DNA of 64,000 nt from Elusimicrobiota bacterium. Lineage in GTDB: Bacteria > Elusimicrobiota > Elusimicrobia > Elusimicrobiales > UBA9959. The notes under the pieces are model-generated. The model was not told where the DNA came from. It saw only the letters and a program-made list of their open reading frames with translations, and searched no databases. The position numbers and the translations under genes are program-made. Of this stretch, positions 31,054 through 42,010 are shown piece after piece. The stretch spans positions 11,434-75,433 of the forward strand of contig JAINCQ010000012.1 of the NCBI GenBank assembly GCA_036574205.1. The letters are read 5' to 3'. Position 1 is the stretch's first letter. Each line of letters begins with the position of its first letter.

Positions 31054-31952
31054 TTAAATTCTCCAACAATTATTTGTTCAAGTTCAAGTTTAATTCCTGT
31101 TTTTTTATAAACCTCTTCTCTCACCTTCATAATTAAACTATATATATCTGTTGAAGTTGCATTATCATAGTTTATTATAAATCCAGCATGTTTTGTTGAA
31201 ACCATGGCCCCGCCAATTCTAAATCCTTTAAGGCCACAGTCATCTATAAGTTTTGAGGCATAATTACCCTCCGGTCTTTTAAAAACACTCCCAGCTGATG
31301 GGTATTCAAGAGGTTGTTTTTCTTTTCTCCTTTTTATAACATCATTCCTGATTTCAAAAAGGTTTTCTTTATTCCCATATTCAAACTCAAATCCTGCTTC
31401 TATAATAAAATAATTTTCAAAATTATCAACCCTTCTATAACCATATTTTATTTCTTTTTTCTCTATCCTCTTAACAGCACCTTTTTGAATATCTAAAACA
31501 AGAACATTTATCAACCTGTCAAAAGTCTCCTCTCCAAAAGCCCCGGCATTCATTCTAACAGCTCCACCGACTGTCCCGGGGATATAAGATGTTTTTTCAA
31601 GACCTTTTAAAGAATTTAAAACACTAAATTCAATAAATCTATCCCAGTCATAGCCGCAACTAACAAAGATTTTATTTTTATTTTTAAAAATATTTTTAAA
31701 CTTATCCGTTTTTATAAAAACACCTTTAAATCCCTCATCGCTTAAAAGTATATTTGAACAATTTCCGCAGATAAAATAATTAATGTTCTCTTTTTTTATA
31801 AATTCAAAAAGCCAGACTAAATCTTCTACATTCCTTGGATAAACCACTACCTCTATTTTACCACCAGTTTTATAACTTGTTATTTCCTTTGCGTTAAGAT
31901 TCAAAACAGCATCATCTTTAAACTTTTCTTTTATTATACTATAAACATTCAT
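31050..31952 (-). CDS. murB: UDP-N-acetylenolpyruvoylglucosamine reductase
   Basis: SNILLSDEG, IPGTVGGAVRMNAGAFG, QPLEYPSAGSVFKRP, KHAGFIIN, LELE. Confidence 0.95.
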   Translation of the reverse strand: MNVYSIIKEKFKDDAVLNLNAKEITSYKTGGKIEVVVYPRNVEDLVWLFEFIKKENINYFICGNCSNILLSDEGFKGVFIKTDKFKNIFKNKNKIFVSCGYDWDRFIEFSVLNSLKGLEKTSYIPGTVGGAVRMNAGAFGEETFDRLINVLVLDIQKGAVKRIEKKEIKYGYRRVDNFENYFIIEAGFEFEYGNKENLFEIRNDVIKRRKEKQPLEYPSAGSVFKRPEGNYASKLIDDCGLKGFRIGGAMVSTKHAGFIINYDNATSTDIYSLIMKVREEVYKKTGIKLELEQIIVGEFN

Positions 31953-32838
31953 AAGAAATTTTTTTATTATTTTCTCTTTTTAAAACGAAAAACACACCAA
32001 TAAGTATTAACACCCCCCCGAGAAAAGTAAGCGGAAGAATTTTTTCATCTAAAACAAAATAAGCACTTATTATTGTTGCAAAAGGCTCATCATATATAAA
32101 GTAAGATGATTTAACAGGACCAAGTCCCTCAACAGCATTATTCCAGAACATATATCCAATAAAAGAAGACAAAAAACTTAAATATAACAAAGATATCCAT
32201 CCAAGTTTATCAAGATTTTTTACTTCAGAAATTAAATTATATTTAAACTCAAATGGTATAATAGTTAAAAAGGCAATAAACATTGTTAAGGCTGTAACCT
32301 CTTTTTGAGAATATTCCTTAAACCACCTTTTAGTAAGAACAACATATCCCGCCCAGGTAAAAGCGCTTGTAAGAAAAATTAAATCACCTTGTGTAGAAGG
32401 CATTGATAAATCAAGCTTTCCAATAGAATACATAACTATCAAACAACCACTAAATCCAAAAAGAAACCCAATAAATTTATTAAAATCTATCTTTGAACCC
32501 AAAAATAACTCAATAAAAACAACAACTATTGGCGTTAAAGCTATTATAAAACCAGCATTTGTAGAAGTTGTATATTTTAAAGCGTAGCACTGTGAAAACT
32601 GCTGAACAGAAACACCTAAAATAGACATTACTAAAAGCTTCAGCAATATACTAATCTTTAAAAATTTTTTAAAATCAGGTTTTATGAAAATCAAAAGCAA
32701 AAAACTACCAATTATACTTCGTATAAAAACAAGAGAAAGTGGTGAAATAATAGAAACAACATGTTTTGTAAAAGGATACGCCGCACCCCATATTAATGTA
32801 GCTGTTAAAATTTGAAAATATAAACTTTTTTTGTTCAT
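31939..32838 (-). CDS. EamA/DMT family transporter
   Basis: LIWG, two EamA repeats, about 10 TM. Start placed at ATG 32838. Confidence 0.85.
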   Translation of the reverse strand: MNKKSLYFQILTATLIWGAAYPFTKHVVSIISPLSLVFIRSIIGSFLLLIFIKPDFKKFLKISILLKLLVMSILGVSVQQFSQCYALKYTTSTNAGFIIALTPIVVVFIELFLGSKIDFNKFIGFLFGFSGCLIVMYSIGKLDLSMPSTQGDLIFLTSAFTWAGYVVLTKRWFKEYSQKEVTALTMFIAFLTIIPFEFKYNLISEVKNLDKLGWISLLYLSFLSSFIGYMFWNNAVEGLGPVKSSYFIYDEPFATIISAYFVLDEKILPLTFLGGVLILIGVFFVLKRENNKKISYECL

Positions 32839-32859
32839 TATTATATAAAAATCGATTCC

Positions 32860-32883
32860 ATCAGGCAGCATGACTGCTCTGAT
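32860..32883 (-). terminator. Possible intrinsic terminator after rocD
   Basis: Imperfect GC hairpin ATCAGAGCAG-TCATG-CTGCCTGAT on the - strand. A T-run follows about 8 nt later. Confidence 0.35.
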
Positions 32884-32909
32884 TAATAAAAGGATCGCTA
32901 TAATAAAAT

Positions 32910-34112
32910 TTATTTAGAAAGCACCTTAGCTATTCTTTTAACTGCCCAATCTATCTCTTTTTTAGTAATTATAAGCGGTGGGGCAAATCTTATAACCATA
33001 TCATGAGTTTCTTTCGCAAGAATCCCTAACTTCATAAGCTGTTCACAATAAGGTCTTGCTTTAGTATCTAACTCGACACCAACAAAAAGTCCCTTTCCTC
33101 TTATTTCTTTTATATGAGGACCATTTATTGCTTTTAATTTAGAAATAAAATATTCTCCCATTTCAAGAGATTTTTCAACCAGTTTCTCCTCTTCTAAAAC
33201 CTTTAAAGCCTCTCTTGCAACGGCGCATGCTAAAGGATTTCCGCCAAAAGTTGAACCATGATCCCCCGGTTTAAAAACTCCAAGCACATCTTTTGAAGAA
33301 ACGACAGCGGATACCGGCAACACACCTCCACCAAGAGCCTTTCCAAGACACATCATATCAGGTTTAACTCCTTCCCACTCGCAACAAAATTTCTTACCGG
33401 TTCTTCCAAATCCAGTTTGAATTTCATCAGCTATAAAAAGAACATTATTTTTTTTGCATAAATCATAAGCTTTTTTCAAATATCCTTCAGGTGGAATTCT
33501 TATTCCGGATTCTCCCTGAATAGGCTCAACTAAAAAAGCAACAGTATTAGGATTTATAGCTTTTTCCAGTTCTTCTATATCTCCATATCTAACAATCTTA
33601 AATCCAGGAGTGAAGGGGCCAAAACCATCTCTATATTGAGGTTCGGTTGAGAAAGAGACTATTGTTACGGTTCTTCCATGAAAGTTATCTGTGCAAGCAA
33701 TAATTTCAGCTTTATCTTCCGCTACCCCTTTTACCTTATATCCCCATTTTCTCGCTGCTTTTATAGCTGTTTCTACAGCTTCTGCTCCTGTATTCATTGG
33801 TAATGCCATTTCATAACCTGTAAACTCACATAATTCTTTTAAAAAAAGACCTAACTGATCATTATTAAATGCCCTTGAAGTTAATGTTAATTTTTTTGCC
33901 TGTTTTATTAACGCTCTTATTATTTTTTGATGTCTATGTCCATGATTTAAAGCAGAGTAGGCACTTAACATATCCATATACCTATTTCCATCAACATCTT
34001 TAACCCATACTCCTTTTGCTTTACTTATAACAACAGGTAGGGGATGATAATTATGGGCCCCGTATGTTTCGGCAAGATTTATTAAGTTTTCTGATTTTCC
34101 AGTAATGTTCAT
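32910..34112 (-). CDS. rocD: Ornithine--oxo-acid aminotransferase
   Basis: [71 protein letters not shown]. Confidence 0.95.
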   Translation of the reverse strand: MNITGKSENLINLAETYGAHNYHPLPVVISKAKGVWVKDVDGNRYMDMLSAYSALNHGHRHQKIIRALIKQAKKLTLTSRAFNNDQLGLFLKELCEFTGYEMALPMNTGAEAVETAIKAARKWGYKVKGVAEDKAEIIACTDNFHGRTVTIVSFSTEPQYRDGFGPFTPGFKIVRYGDIEELEKAINPNTVAFLVEPIQGESGIRIPPEGYLKKAYDLCKKNNVLFIADEIQTGFGRTGKKFCCEWEGVKPDMMCLGKALGGGVLPVSAVVSSKDVLGVFKPGDHGSTFGGNPLACAVAREALKVLEEEKLVEKSLEMGEYFISKLKAINGPHIKEIRGKGLFVGVELDTKARPYCEQLMKLGILAKETHDMVIRFAPPLIITKKEIDWAVKRIAKVLSK

Positions 34113-34157
34113 CTATCCTCCTTAATAAATTTAATTACTATCAGTTATTAATCAAAA

Positions 34158-34880
34158 TTAAAATCTAACGCCAAGTCCAAAATTATAACCACTTTCTCCA
34201 TGCAATCTGCTATAGGCGCCATATAAATAAATAAGCGGAATAGGGCAAAATTTAACACCAAAAGTATATCTTGTTTTAGAGACAGTTTCCGACTCTCCAT
34301 CAAAATTATCTATATCTTTAACCTCTAATTTAGTTCTATCAAGCCCTGCCCCAACAAAAGGCTTTACTATAGGTAAATCCCATGAGCCAACTAAGTCAAA
34401 AGAAATATGACTTCCTTCAAAATAATCAAAAGTTATATTATCATAGAAAGCCATTACAGAAAGATCCGGCATAAATTTTGTAAACATTCCAGATTTAAAT
34501 ATTTTATACCTCAATCCACCACCTATTATGTTAAGCCCCGAATAACTAAACCCTCTCAAAGTAGCATCCATTCCAGTTAATGGAACACCTACAGAGGCAT
34601 GAACAAGCGGCATACCAAAACTTTTAACATCTGATTTTTTAAGTATTCTGTTATCTGATGATGGCTCTTTTTGAATTGCAAAATCAAAGCCAACATCAAA
34701 ACCGGGAAAACCCAGATTTCTTGCAGTATTAAAATCATTAGCGCCTAAAACTCCTCCAAAATCTTTTACAAATGGTTCTAAATAATCCTTTAAAAAATTA
34801 TCTCTAAAATCATCATAGAAAGGTGCAGAATAACCCTTACCGATGAGTAGAAATATAGTTAATAAAAATATTTTAATCAT
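34158..34880 (-). CDS. Putative outer-membrane beta-barrel protein
   Basis: Signal peptide, alternating amphipathic strands, C-terminal YNFGLGVRF beta-signal. AGGAGG SD. Confidence 0.65.
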   Translation of the reverse strand: MIKIFLLTIFLLIGKGYSAPFYDDFRDNFLKDYLEPFVKDFGGVLGANDFNTARNLGFPGFDVGFDFAIQKEPSSDNRILKKSDVKSFGMPLVHASVGVPLTGMDATLRGFSYSGLNIIGGGLRYKIFKSGMFTKFMPDLSVMAFYDNITFDYFEGSHISFDLVGSWDLPIVKPFVGAGLDRTKLEVKDIDNFDGESETVSKTRYTFGVKFCPIPLIYLYGAYSRLHGESGYNFGLGVRF

Positions 34881-34936
34881 ATATACCTCCTAAAATCTAT
34901 TATACATTATTTTGTATAATAAGATTATAAAATAAA

Positions 34937-36247
34937 ATGGAAATGAAAACAGCACTAATAATTCCAACATATAATGAAAAAGATAATATAGAAAAACTTA
35001 TAAATGAAATAATAAAGGTTAATTCAGAATTACAAATAGTAGTTGTTGACGATAACTCGCCTGACGGCACTTCAAATATAGTTTTAGATATTTCAGCTAA
35101 AAACAAAAACATTCATCTCATCAAAAGAGAAAAAAAATTAGGTCTTGGGACTGCTCATATAGCAGGTTTTCTATATGCTGAAAAAGACTTAAAAACAGAT
35201 TATGTAATTACAATGGACTCGGATTTTTCTCACAATCCTTCAATCATTCCGGAAATAATAAGAACGTTAAAAGAAAATGATGTTGTTGTGGGTTCAAGAT
35301 ATACAGAAGGCGGAGAAGTTATTGACTCCCCTTTTGTAAGAAGACTAATTTCCAAAACAGCAAATTTTCTTACAACATATCTTTTAGGATTAAAAGTAAA
35401 AGATGCCACAAGTGGATTCAGGGGATACAAGATAGAGGCTTTAAAGAAAATAGATTATAACAACATTTTTTCAGACGGATATTCATTTTTGGTTGAACTT
35501 GTATATAGACTATCTATTTTAAACGATGTTAAAATTAAAGAAATACCGATAAGATTTGTTGACAGGAAGGCTGGAAAATCAAAAATATCGAAAAAAGAAA
35601 TATTTAAAGCAATAAAAACTATATTTACTTTGTTTTTTATAAAAATATTTTCTAAAGACAATGCTATTGAACTTTTAGATAAAAAATTTACAAATCTAAG
35701 TATTATTAATTATATAAGGCTGAGATTCCATATTTCAAGATACAAAAAAGTAGCATCAATGCTAAAAAAAGGAAATATATTGGATCTTGGGTGCGGAAGA
35801 CCAGCAGAATTTATGAAGGATCAATCTTTTTTAATATTTTTAAAAAATGAAAATGCAGTTGGGCTTGACCTAAAAAACATAGAAAAACCTAAATATAACT
35901 TTATACAAACAGAAATTCCACCAATACCTTTTGAAAATGAAAAATTTGACAATATTGTAATGATGGAACTCATAGAACATATAGAAGACATAAACTCAAC
36001 TTTGTTAGAAGCAAAACGAATTATTAAAGAAGATGGGGTTCTTATTATTGCTACCCCTGATAATAATTATATATGGGATTTTATTTGGGATAAATGGTCC
36101 AGAACATTTGGAAAAATCTGGAAGCATCAACATATATCAAATTTTAATAAAAGCGAATGGGAAAAAATAATATTGAAACATTTCAGAATAAATAAAATCC
36201 AAAGAAACTGGTTTTTTGATTTAATATTTCAATGTTCAAAAAAATAA
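34937..36247 (+). CDS. DPM1-like polyprenol-phosphate glycosyltransferase (GT2) fused to a class I SAM methyltransferase
   Basis: IIPTYNEKDN, VDDNSPDGT, MDSDFSH, DATSGFR, FVDRKAGKSK, then ILDLGCG, ELIEHIED, GVLIIATP. Confidence 0.85.
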   Translation: MEMKTALIIPTYNEKDNIEKLINEIIKVNSELQIVVVDDNSPDGTSNIVLDISAKNKNIHLIKREKKLGLGTAHIAGFLYAEKDLKTDYVITMDSDFSHNPSIIPEIIRTLKENDVVVGSRYTEGGEVIDSPFVRRLISKTANFLTTYLLGLKVKDATSGFRGYKIEALKKIDYNNIFSDGYSFLVELVYRLSILNDVKIKEIPIRFVDRKAGKSKISKKEIFKAIKTIFTLFFIKIFSKDNAIELLDKKFTNLSIINYIRLRFHISRYKKVASMLKKGNILDLGCGRPAEFMKDQSFLIFLKNENAVGLDLKNIEKPKYNFIQTEIPPIPFENEKFDNIVMMELIEHIEDINSTLLEAKRIIKEDGVLIIATPDNNYIWDFIWDKWSRTFGKIWKHQHISNFNKSEWEKIILKHFRINKIQRNWFFDLIFQCSKK

Positions 36248-37650
36248 ATAAAAAATTTTACTATCATTTAATTTCTATCTCAGTGATTTCTATATTTTTA
36301 AGAATTATATTGTTATTATATGTAGGACCAAGGATAGAAAATGATACGCCGCTTTATTTAGCACAAATCTATAATATCTACGATGGAAAATGTTTTTCTA
36401 TTACCGATTATGTTGATAATAAATTAAAACCAACAGCATACAGAATGCCATTATTTCAAACTATTAGTGCATATTCTGCAAAAATATTAAATATAAAAAA
36501 AGAAAAAATACCATTACTGGTGGCAATACTTAATATACTATTTTCCACAGGTATAGCTTTAATAGGAGTTTTAATTGCCCTCATAATAACTAAAAATCAA
36601 GAAATAGCTATTTTAACAGGATATTTATCATCTATAAACCCAAATTTAATATATAATTCAGTCCTTGTCTTAACAGACACAACTTTTAGTTTTATAATAG
36701 CAGTCTTCATTTTTGTAAGTGTAATTTCTTTGGAAAATAATTCTAAAAGATATTTATGTCTATCAGGAATTATTCTTGGACTCTCAGTTTTAACAAGACC
36801 TATAACAAAATTCTATTTTCTTTTCCATATTTTTTTGCTATTTTTTATTCTAAAAGATAGTTACAAAAATAAAATAAAAAAAATTATAATTTTTTCCTTA
36901 TCCTGCTTAATTATTGTTTCTCCATGGATATTTAGAAATTATTATAGACTTAATTTTTTAGGGCTTGAAACAAATCAGGGATTAAATACCTTATGGTCAA
37001 CAGCAAGATTAATAAAAATAAAAGCGGAAGAAGACAAAAAAGACAAAATTATCTATGAAATGAAAAAAATTATAATTGAAACGATGAAAACCGAATCATG
37101 GCCTATGAAAGCAGAAATTGAGGCAAGAAAAAAATTAAATTTATCAGAAGTGGAAGCTTGTAAATATCTTCAGAAAATAGGAGTAGATACTATTATTTCT
37201 TCACCATTTGACTTTATAAAAATATTTTTAAGAAATATAGCAAATAATATTACCTCCGCAACTGCAGAGCTAAAGATTATTGACTTTTTGATAGGTAATA
37301 ATTATTATGAAAAACAACATAAGATAATGACAAATTTTGAAAATATAGAAAACAGGAATGTAGAAAAGAAAATCAAACCTGAAGATTTTATAATAATTGC
37401 ACCAAATCTTATATTTAGGATAATTCATCTTTTAATATTTTGTGTTTCTTTAATCGCTTTATGTTTTTTATTTAAAGAAAATAAAAATTCAGCTATTTTT
37501 TTATTTTCATTTATATCCTATCTTATATTACTAACTTCCGCTGTTGCAAGCTACGACAGATATCGTCTTCCATACGAAGTTATATTAAATTTTTTATTTT
37601 CATACATGATTATAAAATTACTTAAAAAGGAAAACGCAAAAAATGGATAG
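36232..37650 (+). CDS. GT-C fold (ArnT/PMT-like) membrane glycosyltransferase 1
   Basis: Polytopic. Acidic first loop ENDT, AYRMPL, VLTDT, LTRP, PWIFRNY, C-terminal YDRYRLP. Confidence 0.75.
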   Translation: MFKKINKKFYYHLISISVISIFLRIILLLYVGPRIENDTPLYLAQIYNIYDGKCFSITDYVDNKLKPTAYRMPLFQTISAYSAKILNIKKEKIPLLVAILNILFSTGIALIGVLIALIITKNQEIAILTGYLSSINPNLIYNSVLVLTDTTFSFIIAVFIFVSVISLENNSKRYLCLSGIILGLSVLTRPITKFYFLFHIFLLFFILKDSYKNKIKKIIIFSLSCLIIVSPWIFRNYYRLNFLGLETNQGLNTLWSTARLIKIKAEEDKKDKIIYEMKKIIIETMKTESWPMKAEIEARKKLNLSEVEACKYLQKIGVDTIISSPFDFIKIFLRNIANNITSATAELKIIDFLIGNNYYEKQHKIMTNFENIENRNVEKKIKPEDFIIIAPNLIFRIIHLLIFCVSLIALCFLFKENKNSAIFLFSFISYLILLTSAVASYDRYRLPYEVILNFLFSYMIIKLLKKENAKNG

Positions 37651-39028
37651 AAAAGTCTTTATAATAAACATAGCGGCTATGTTACTATTTTCTCTTTGCA
37701 TAAGGATATATGTTTTTCAAACCAATGGAATGATATATTTTGGTGATAGCATAGAATATTTAGAAGTAATTAGGAATATTTCAGAGGAAAAAGGATTTTC
37801 TCAAATTGATATTGTAACAAATAAGATATTACCGTATGCCAACAAACCTCCATTATTCTTTTATACTGTAGCATTAACCAAATATATTACAACTAACTTT
37901 GAAAATGGAATTTTCATCTTAAACATTATTTCTTCCATTTTAATTATATTACTTTCAATAAAATTTTCTCTTATTCTTTCATCAAATAAAGTTATTTCTT
38001 TAATGGTTGGATGGATGATGACACTTAATCCAAATTTAATTTTTAATTCTTTTTTATTAATGCCTGATACATACTATAGTTTAGTAATAATTATATTTAC
38101 GTTCATAGGCTTATATACTTTAAAAGAAAAAAAATCTCACTTATTTTTAGTTTTAGGAATGTTTTTAGGAATAACTGTATTGACAAGATCTCTTCTTAAA
38201 TTTTTTTGGATTTTTATAAGTTTATTTATTCTATTCTATATAAAAAAAGAAATAAAACAAAAACTAAAATATATATTTCTTTTTATTTTCGGTTATGCTA
38301 TTATAGTTTTGCCATATCAATTTAGAAACTTTACAAAACTTGGAGTTTTTTCCCCTCTTGAACTTCATCAGGGAATAGCCTCCATCTGGCCAGTTATGCC
38401 TCTAATTAAGGTAACAGATTATTCATCACTTTTTAAAAAATATCCACGAACCCAACAGATAATAAATTTCATTAAAGATAAAGATTATGAAATACCACCA
38501 GAAAAAGACTTAAGACTTAAATTCAAACTTTCACAATCAGAGATGGCTAAATACCTTACTTTAATAGCTATTCATACTGCAATTAAACATCCAATAAAAT
38601 ATTTTAAGATATATATAAAAAGCATTTTAAATACTATAACCTCATCAAGCTCATATCTTATGTTGATTGATATTTTCAACCCAGGTTATTTTGAAAAGCA
38701 ACATAGTATATTTTTAAATTTCATAAACAATAACTTTAATACAGAAAATTTCAAAAATTTTATTAATTATATATTGCCAAACTTGTTTTTCAGGCTGTTA
38801 AATCTTCTTATTTTTATTACAGCCATAGCTGGGATAATCCTTTATAATCGTATAGGGAAAAAAGATACAAATCTTTATCCAGTAGTTTTGCTTTTTTACA
38901 CAATAGTATTTAGCTCTTTTACAGTTGGATATGACAGATATCGCCTGCCAGCGGAGTTTATAATATTATTCTATTCATCCTATTTTATTTATGAACGATT
39001 TATAAAATATTCTAAAATAAATTTTTAA
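37643..39028 (+). CDS. GT-C fold (ArnT/PMT-like) membrane glycosyltransferase 2, paralog of the upstream gene
   Basis: FGDSIEY, NKPPL, NPNLIFNS, LMPDT, LTRS, PYQFRNF, YDRYRLP. Confidence 0.75.
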   Translation: MDRKVFIINIAAMLLFSLCIRIYVFQTNGMIYFGDSIEYLEVIRNISEEKGFSQIDIVTNKILPYANKPPLFFYTVALTKYITTNFENGIFILNIISSILIILLSIKFSLILSSNKVISLMVGWMMTLNPNLIFNSFLLMPDTYYSLVIIIFTFIGLYTLKEKKSHLFLVLGMFLGITVLTRSLLKFFWIFISLFILFYIKKEIKQKLKYIFLFIFGYAIIVLPYQFRNFTKLGVFSPLELHQGIASIWPVMPLIKVTDYSSLFKKYPRTQQIINFIKDKDYEIPPEKDLRLKFKLSQSEMAKYLTLIAIHTAIKHPIKYFKIYIKSILNTITSSSSYLMLIDIFNPGYFEKQHSIFLNFINNNFNTENFKNFINYILPNLFFRLLNLLIFITAIAGIILYNRIGKKDTNLYPVVLLFYTIVFSSFTVGYDRYRLPAEFIILFYSSYFIYERFIKYSKINF

Positions 39029-39992
39029 TTCTTCCATATCTAAACCAATCTCTTAAAACTTCAAAGATCTTTTTAGGTAAAAAGACATAAGCGAAAACTG
39101 CCCAAATAAGTCCACTTAAAAAAAAATACCTAAAATTAAAATATTCTTTTATCTCACTTAAAATTTTTGAAACAGGAACCCCCTCATTTTTAGCATAGAC
39201 TGAAAGCGCTATAACATATAATTTTAAAAAAACTTTTTTTCGCCACTTCTCAATCTCAGCTTTTTTTTCAGGCATTAATTCTATTCCATAATGAAAAACT
39301 GAATCTATCATTTTTTTCAAGTTATCAAGATATTTATCATATCCACTTAACACCGTCTCATTAAACTTATGTATTCTCCATACATAAACAGGTTCATTGA
39401 TGAATGCCACCTTACCTTTTAAAAAAAGCCTTAAGTGCGATTCCAGATCATCACTCATTATATTTAATCTATAGGAATTTATATCAATCGCAATTTTTCT
39501 GTTATATAGGACTGCTCCATGAGAGTAAACTATATCTGGAAACTTAAAAAACACTTCTATTCCAGTCATAATTTTCTCTTCTGGCAACCTTAAAAAAAGT
39601 TTTCCTTCCTCATCTTTAAAATAACCACCTAAAACTGCAACTATATTATTGTTTTTTTTAATTACCTCAATAGCTTTGCTTAAAAAATTACTTTTAAAAA
39701 AGTAATCATCTCCATCAAGCATAATAACCCAATCACCTTGAGCAAGTTCGTATAATAATCTTCTGTAAGTGCCATTTCGTCCAATGTTTTTCTCATTCCT
39801 GAAAACCTTTAGTTTTGAGTATTTTTGTTGCAATTCTTTTGCAATAAAGTAAGTTTTATCAGTTGAGCAATCATCTAAGACTACTATTTCAATATTTTCA
39901 TATTCTATTTCAATTGCCGAAATAATTGCTTTAGATATATATTTTTCCTGATTATAGGCTGGTATCATTATGGAAATAGTTGGCAATTTCAT
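39012..39992 (-). CDS. Glycosyltransferase family 2
   Basis: IPAYNQE, LDDCSTD, MLDGDD. Confidence 0.9.
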   Translation of the reverse strand: MKLPTISIMIPAYNQEKYISKAIISAIEIEYENIEIVVLDDCSTDKTYFIAKELQQKYSKLKVFRNEKNIGRNGTYRRLLYELAQGDWVIMLDGDDYFFKSNFLSKAIEVIKKNNNIVAVLGGYFKDEEGKLFLRLPEEKIMTGIEVFFKFPDIVYSHGAVLYNRKIAIDINSYRLNIMSDDLESHLRLFLKGKVAFINEPVYVWRIHKFNETVLSGYDKYLDNLKKMIDSVFHYGIELMPEKKAEIEKWRKKVFLKLYVIALSVYAKNEGVPVSKILSEIKEYFNFRYFFLSGLIWAVFAYVFLPKKIFEVLRDWFRYGRIKNLF

Positions 39993-40766
39993 TTATCTTC
40001 CCAGAATTATTTTTTTAAAAGTTCTATATAAAGGGAATAAAAATAATTTTATAACTGTGTTAGTTATTCCAATATTTCCAAATACTAAGTCAACACCCGT
40101 TTTTTGATAAATATGTTTTTTTAGCTTATTATTTGAAACTCCCCTTGTATTATATATTGAAATAGGATAGTTTGCTTTAACCCATTTCTTATCTTTTATC
40201 ATCATAAAAAATATATAATCAGAAATCATTAGCCCCTGTTTTACGAGATAATATCCTACTTCATCATGTAAACTTTTTTTATATATAACGGACTGATGAA
40301 TAACATTATTTTTTATTATGTCACATTTATAAAGGTAATTCCCATTTATTATAGTATCTGAGTATATAACATCAGCATTGAGGTGAAGTTTATCCTCAAT
40401 AAATATTTTTTTTAAAACATTTTTATCAACAAACATATCTCCGGCATTCATAAAAATAAGCCAGCTTCCCTTTGAAACTTTAATAGCCTTATTCATAGCA
40501 TCATATATCCCATTATCTTTCTCGCTTACCCAATAAGTGATTTTATCTTCATATTTTTTAATAATATCCACCGTACCATCCGTAGATCCACCATCTATGA
40601 CTATGTATTCTATATGAGGATAAGTTTGAGAGATAACGCTTTCAATAGTTTTTTGTAAAAAATCCTTTCCATTAAATACAACAGTAACAACACTAATCAT
40701 TGGAAGGTTAGTTATATTTTTATCCTCTAAAAATTTATCTTTTTTTGTTTCTGTATAATTACTCAT
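39993..40766 (-). CDS. Glycosyltransferase family 2 (WcaE/WfgS-like)
   Basis: VIDGGSTDGT, SEKDNGIYDAMNK, FMNAGD, HQS. Confidence 0.9.
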   Translation of the reverse strand: MSNYTETKKDKFLEDKNITNLPMISVVTVVFNGKDFLQKTIESVISQTYPHIEYIVIDGGSTDGTVDIIKKYEDKITYWVSEKDNGIYDAMNKAIKVSKGSWLIFMNAGDMFVDKNVLKKIFIEDKLHLNADVIYSDTIINGNYLYKCDIIKNNVIHQSVIYKKSLHDEVGYYLVKQGLMISDYIFFMMIKDKKWVKANYPISIYNTRGVSNNKLKKHIYQKTGVDLVFGNIGITNTVIKLFLFPLYRTFKKIILGR

Positions 40767-42010
40767 TTCGCCTCGTTCAAAATTTCTTTATAAAGTTCTA
40801 TATATTTTTTCACAATTATTTTACTATTAAATTCGTTAACTATTTTATCCCTCGCTTTCCTGGAAATCTCTTCATAATTCTGTGAGTTTAAAACCCATTC
40901 TATCCCATTTTTCAAGTCAGTTGTATCAAAAGGGACTGCCAGATATCCATTTTCTTTATGATCTATCATATCCCTATTTCCACCAACATCAAAAGCAACT
41001 ACAGGAGTTCCACAAGCAAGGCTTTCCATAATAGTATTAGATAAATTTTCTTGTAAGCTTGGAACTACTACTACATCACAAGCACTATAAATTGTTCTTA
41101 AACTTACATTATCACTTAACCGTCCTAAACAATGAGTCTTAATTCCAAATCCTAAATTACCTTTTAAAGTTTCATTACCAAAGATAACGACTTCTACCTT
41201 CTCTTTGTCTGGCAACTTATATAAAGCTTCTATAAGTTCTTTAAATCCTTTTCTCGGATCAGTGGTTGCAGACATAGCCCCAAATAGAAGAATACTTTTA
41301 TTTTCTGGTAAATTCCATAACTCTCTAGATCTTTTTTTATCAAATGGTTTAAACAAATTAGTATCAATTGGATTATGAATAACAATATGTTTTCTTCCAC
41401 TAAAAAGATAACTTTTTTCTGCCAGAGTTCTCAACCAGTTACTAAGACTTACTATGTAAAGATTATTTTTCTGAGAAAATACTTTTTCTTTCCTTAACCA
41501 CACTCTTCTACTTAAATCTTTTTCTATGTTACTACCTAAAACCTTACATTTACCACATTTTTCATTATATCTTTCACATCCCTCATTATAATGACAACCT
41601 CCTGTAAAAGGCCACATATCATGTAAACTCCATACAATTGGCTGATTTATTTTTAATATATCTTCTATACGTAACATTCCATCACATATCCAATGCAAAT
41701 GAACTATATCAGGTTTTATTTGGTTTATTTTTTTTAAGATACTATTAAATGGAAACCATGAAGGACTAAAAAGGGTTTTTGTCCTATTTTTATATTTTTT
41801 AACAGGGAACTGATCAAAAAAATATCTTGCTCTGGCAATTACTTTATCAAGGTTAGTAAGTGGTCCCATAACAGTAGAATCATCAGAATACTTATTTTGA
41901 ACTAACATTAAACTATCAGCCCCTTCTTCAATCAAAGATCTATGCAATCTATATGCTGCTATTGCTGCTCCACCATAAACATCTGAAGCATTTAAAATAA
42001 GAATTTTCAT
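40763..42010 (-). CDS. Glycosyltransferase family 4
   Basis: GGAAIAAYRLH, WSLHDMWPFTGGCHY, RKG, ENLSNTIMESLACGTP. Confidence 0.9.
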   Translation of the reverse strand: MKILILNASDVYGGAAIAAYRLHRSLIEEGADSLMLVQNKYSDDSTVMGPLTNLDKVIARARYFFDQFPVKKYKNRTKTLFSPSWFPFNSILKKINQIKPDIVHLHWICDGMLRIEDILKINQPIVWSLHDMWPFTGGCHYNEGCERYNEKCGKCKVLGSNIEKDLSRRVWLRKEKVFSQKNNLYIVSLSNWLRTLAEKSYLFSGRKHIVIHNPIDTNLFKPFDKKRSRELWNLPENKSILLFGAMSATTDPRKGFKELIEALYKLPDKEKVEVVIFGNETLKGNLGFGIKTHCLGRLSDNVSLRTIYSACDVVVVPSLQENLSNTIMESLACGTPVVAFDVGGNRDMIDHKENGYLAVPFDTTDLKNGIEWVLNSQNYEEISRKARDKIVNEFNSKIIVKKYIELYKEILNEAK

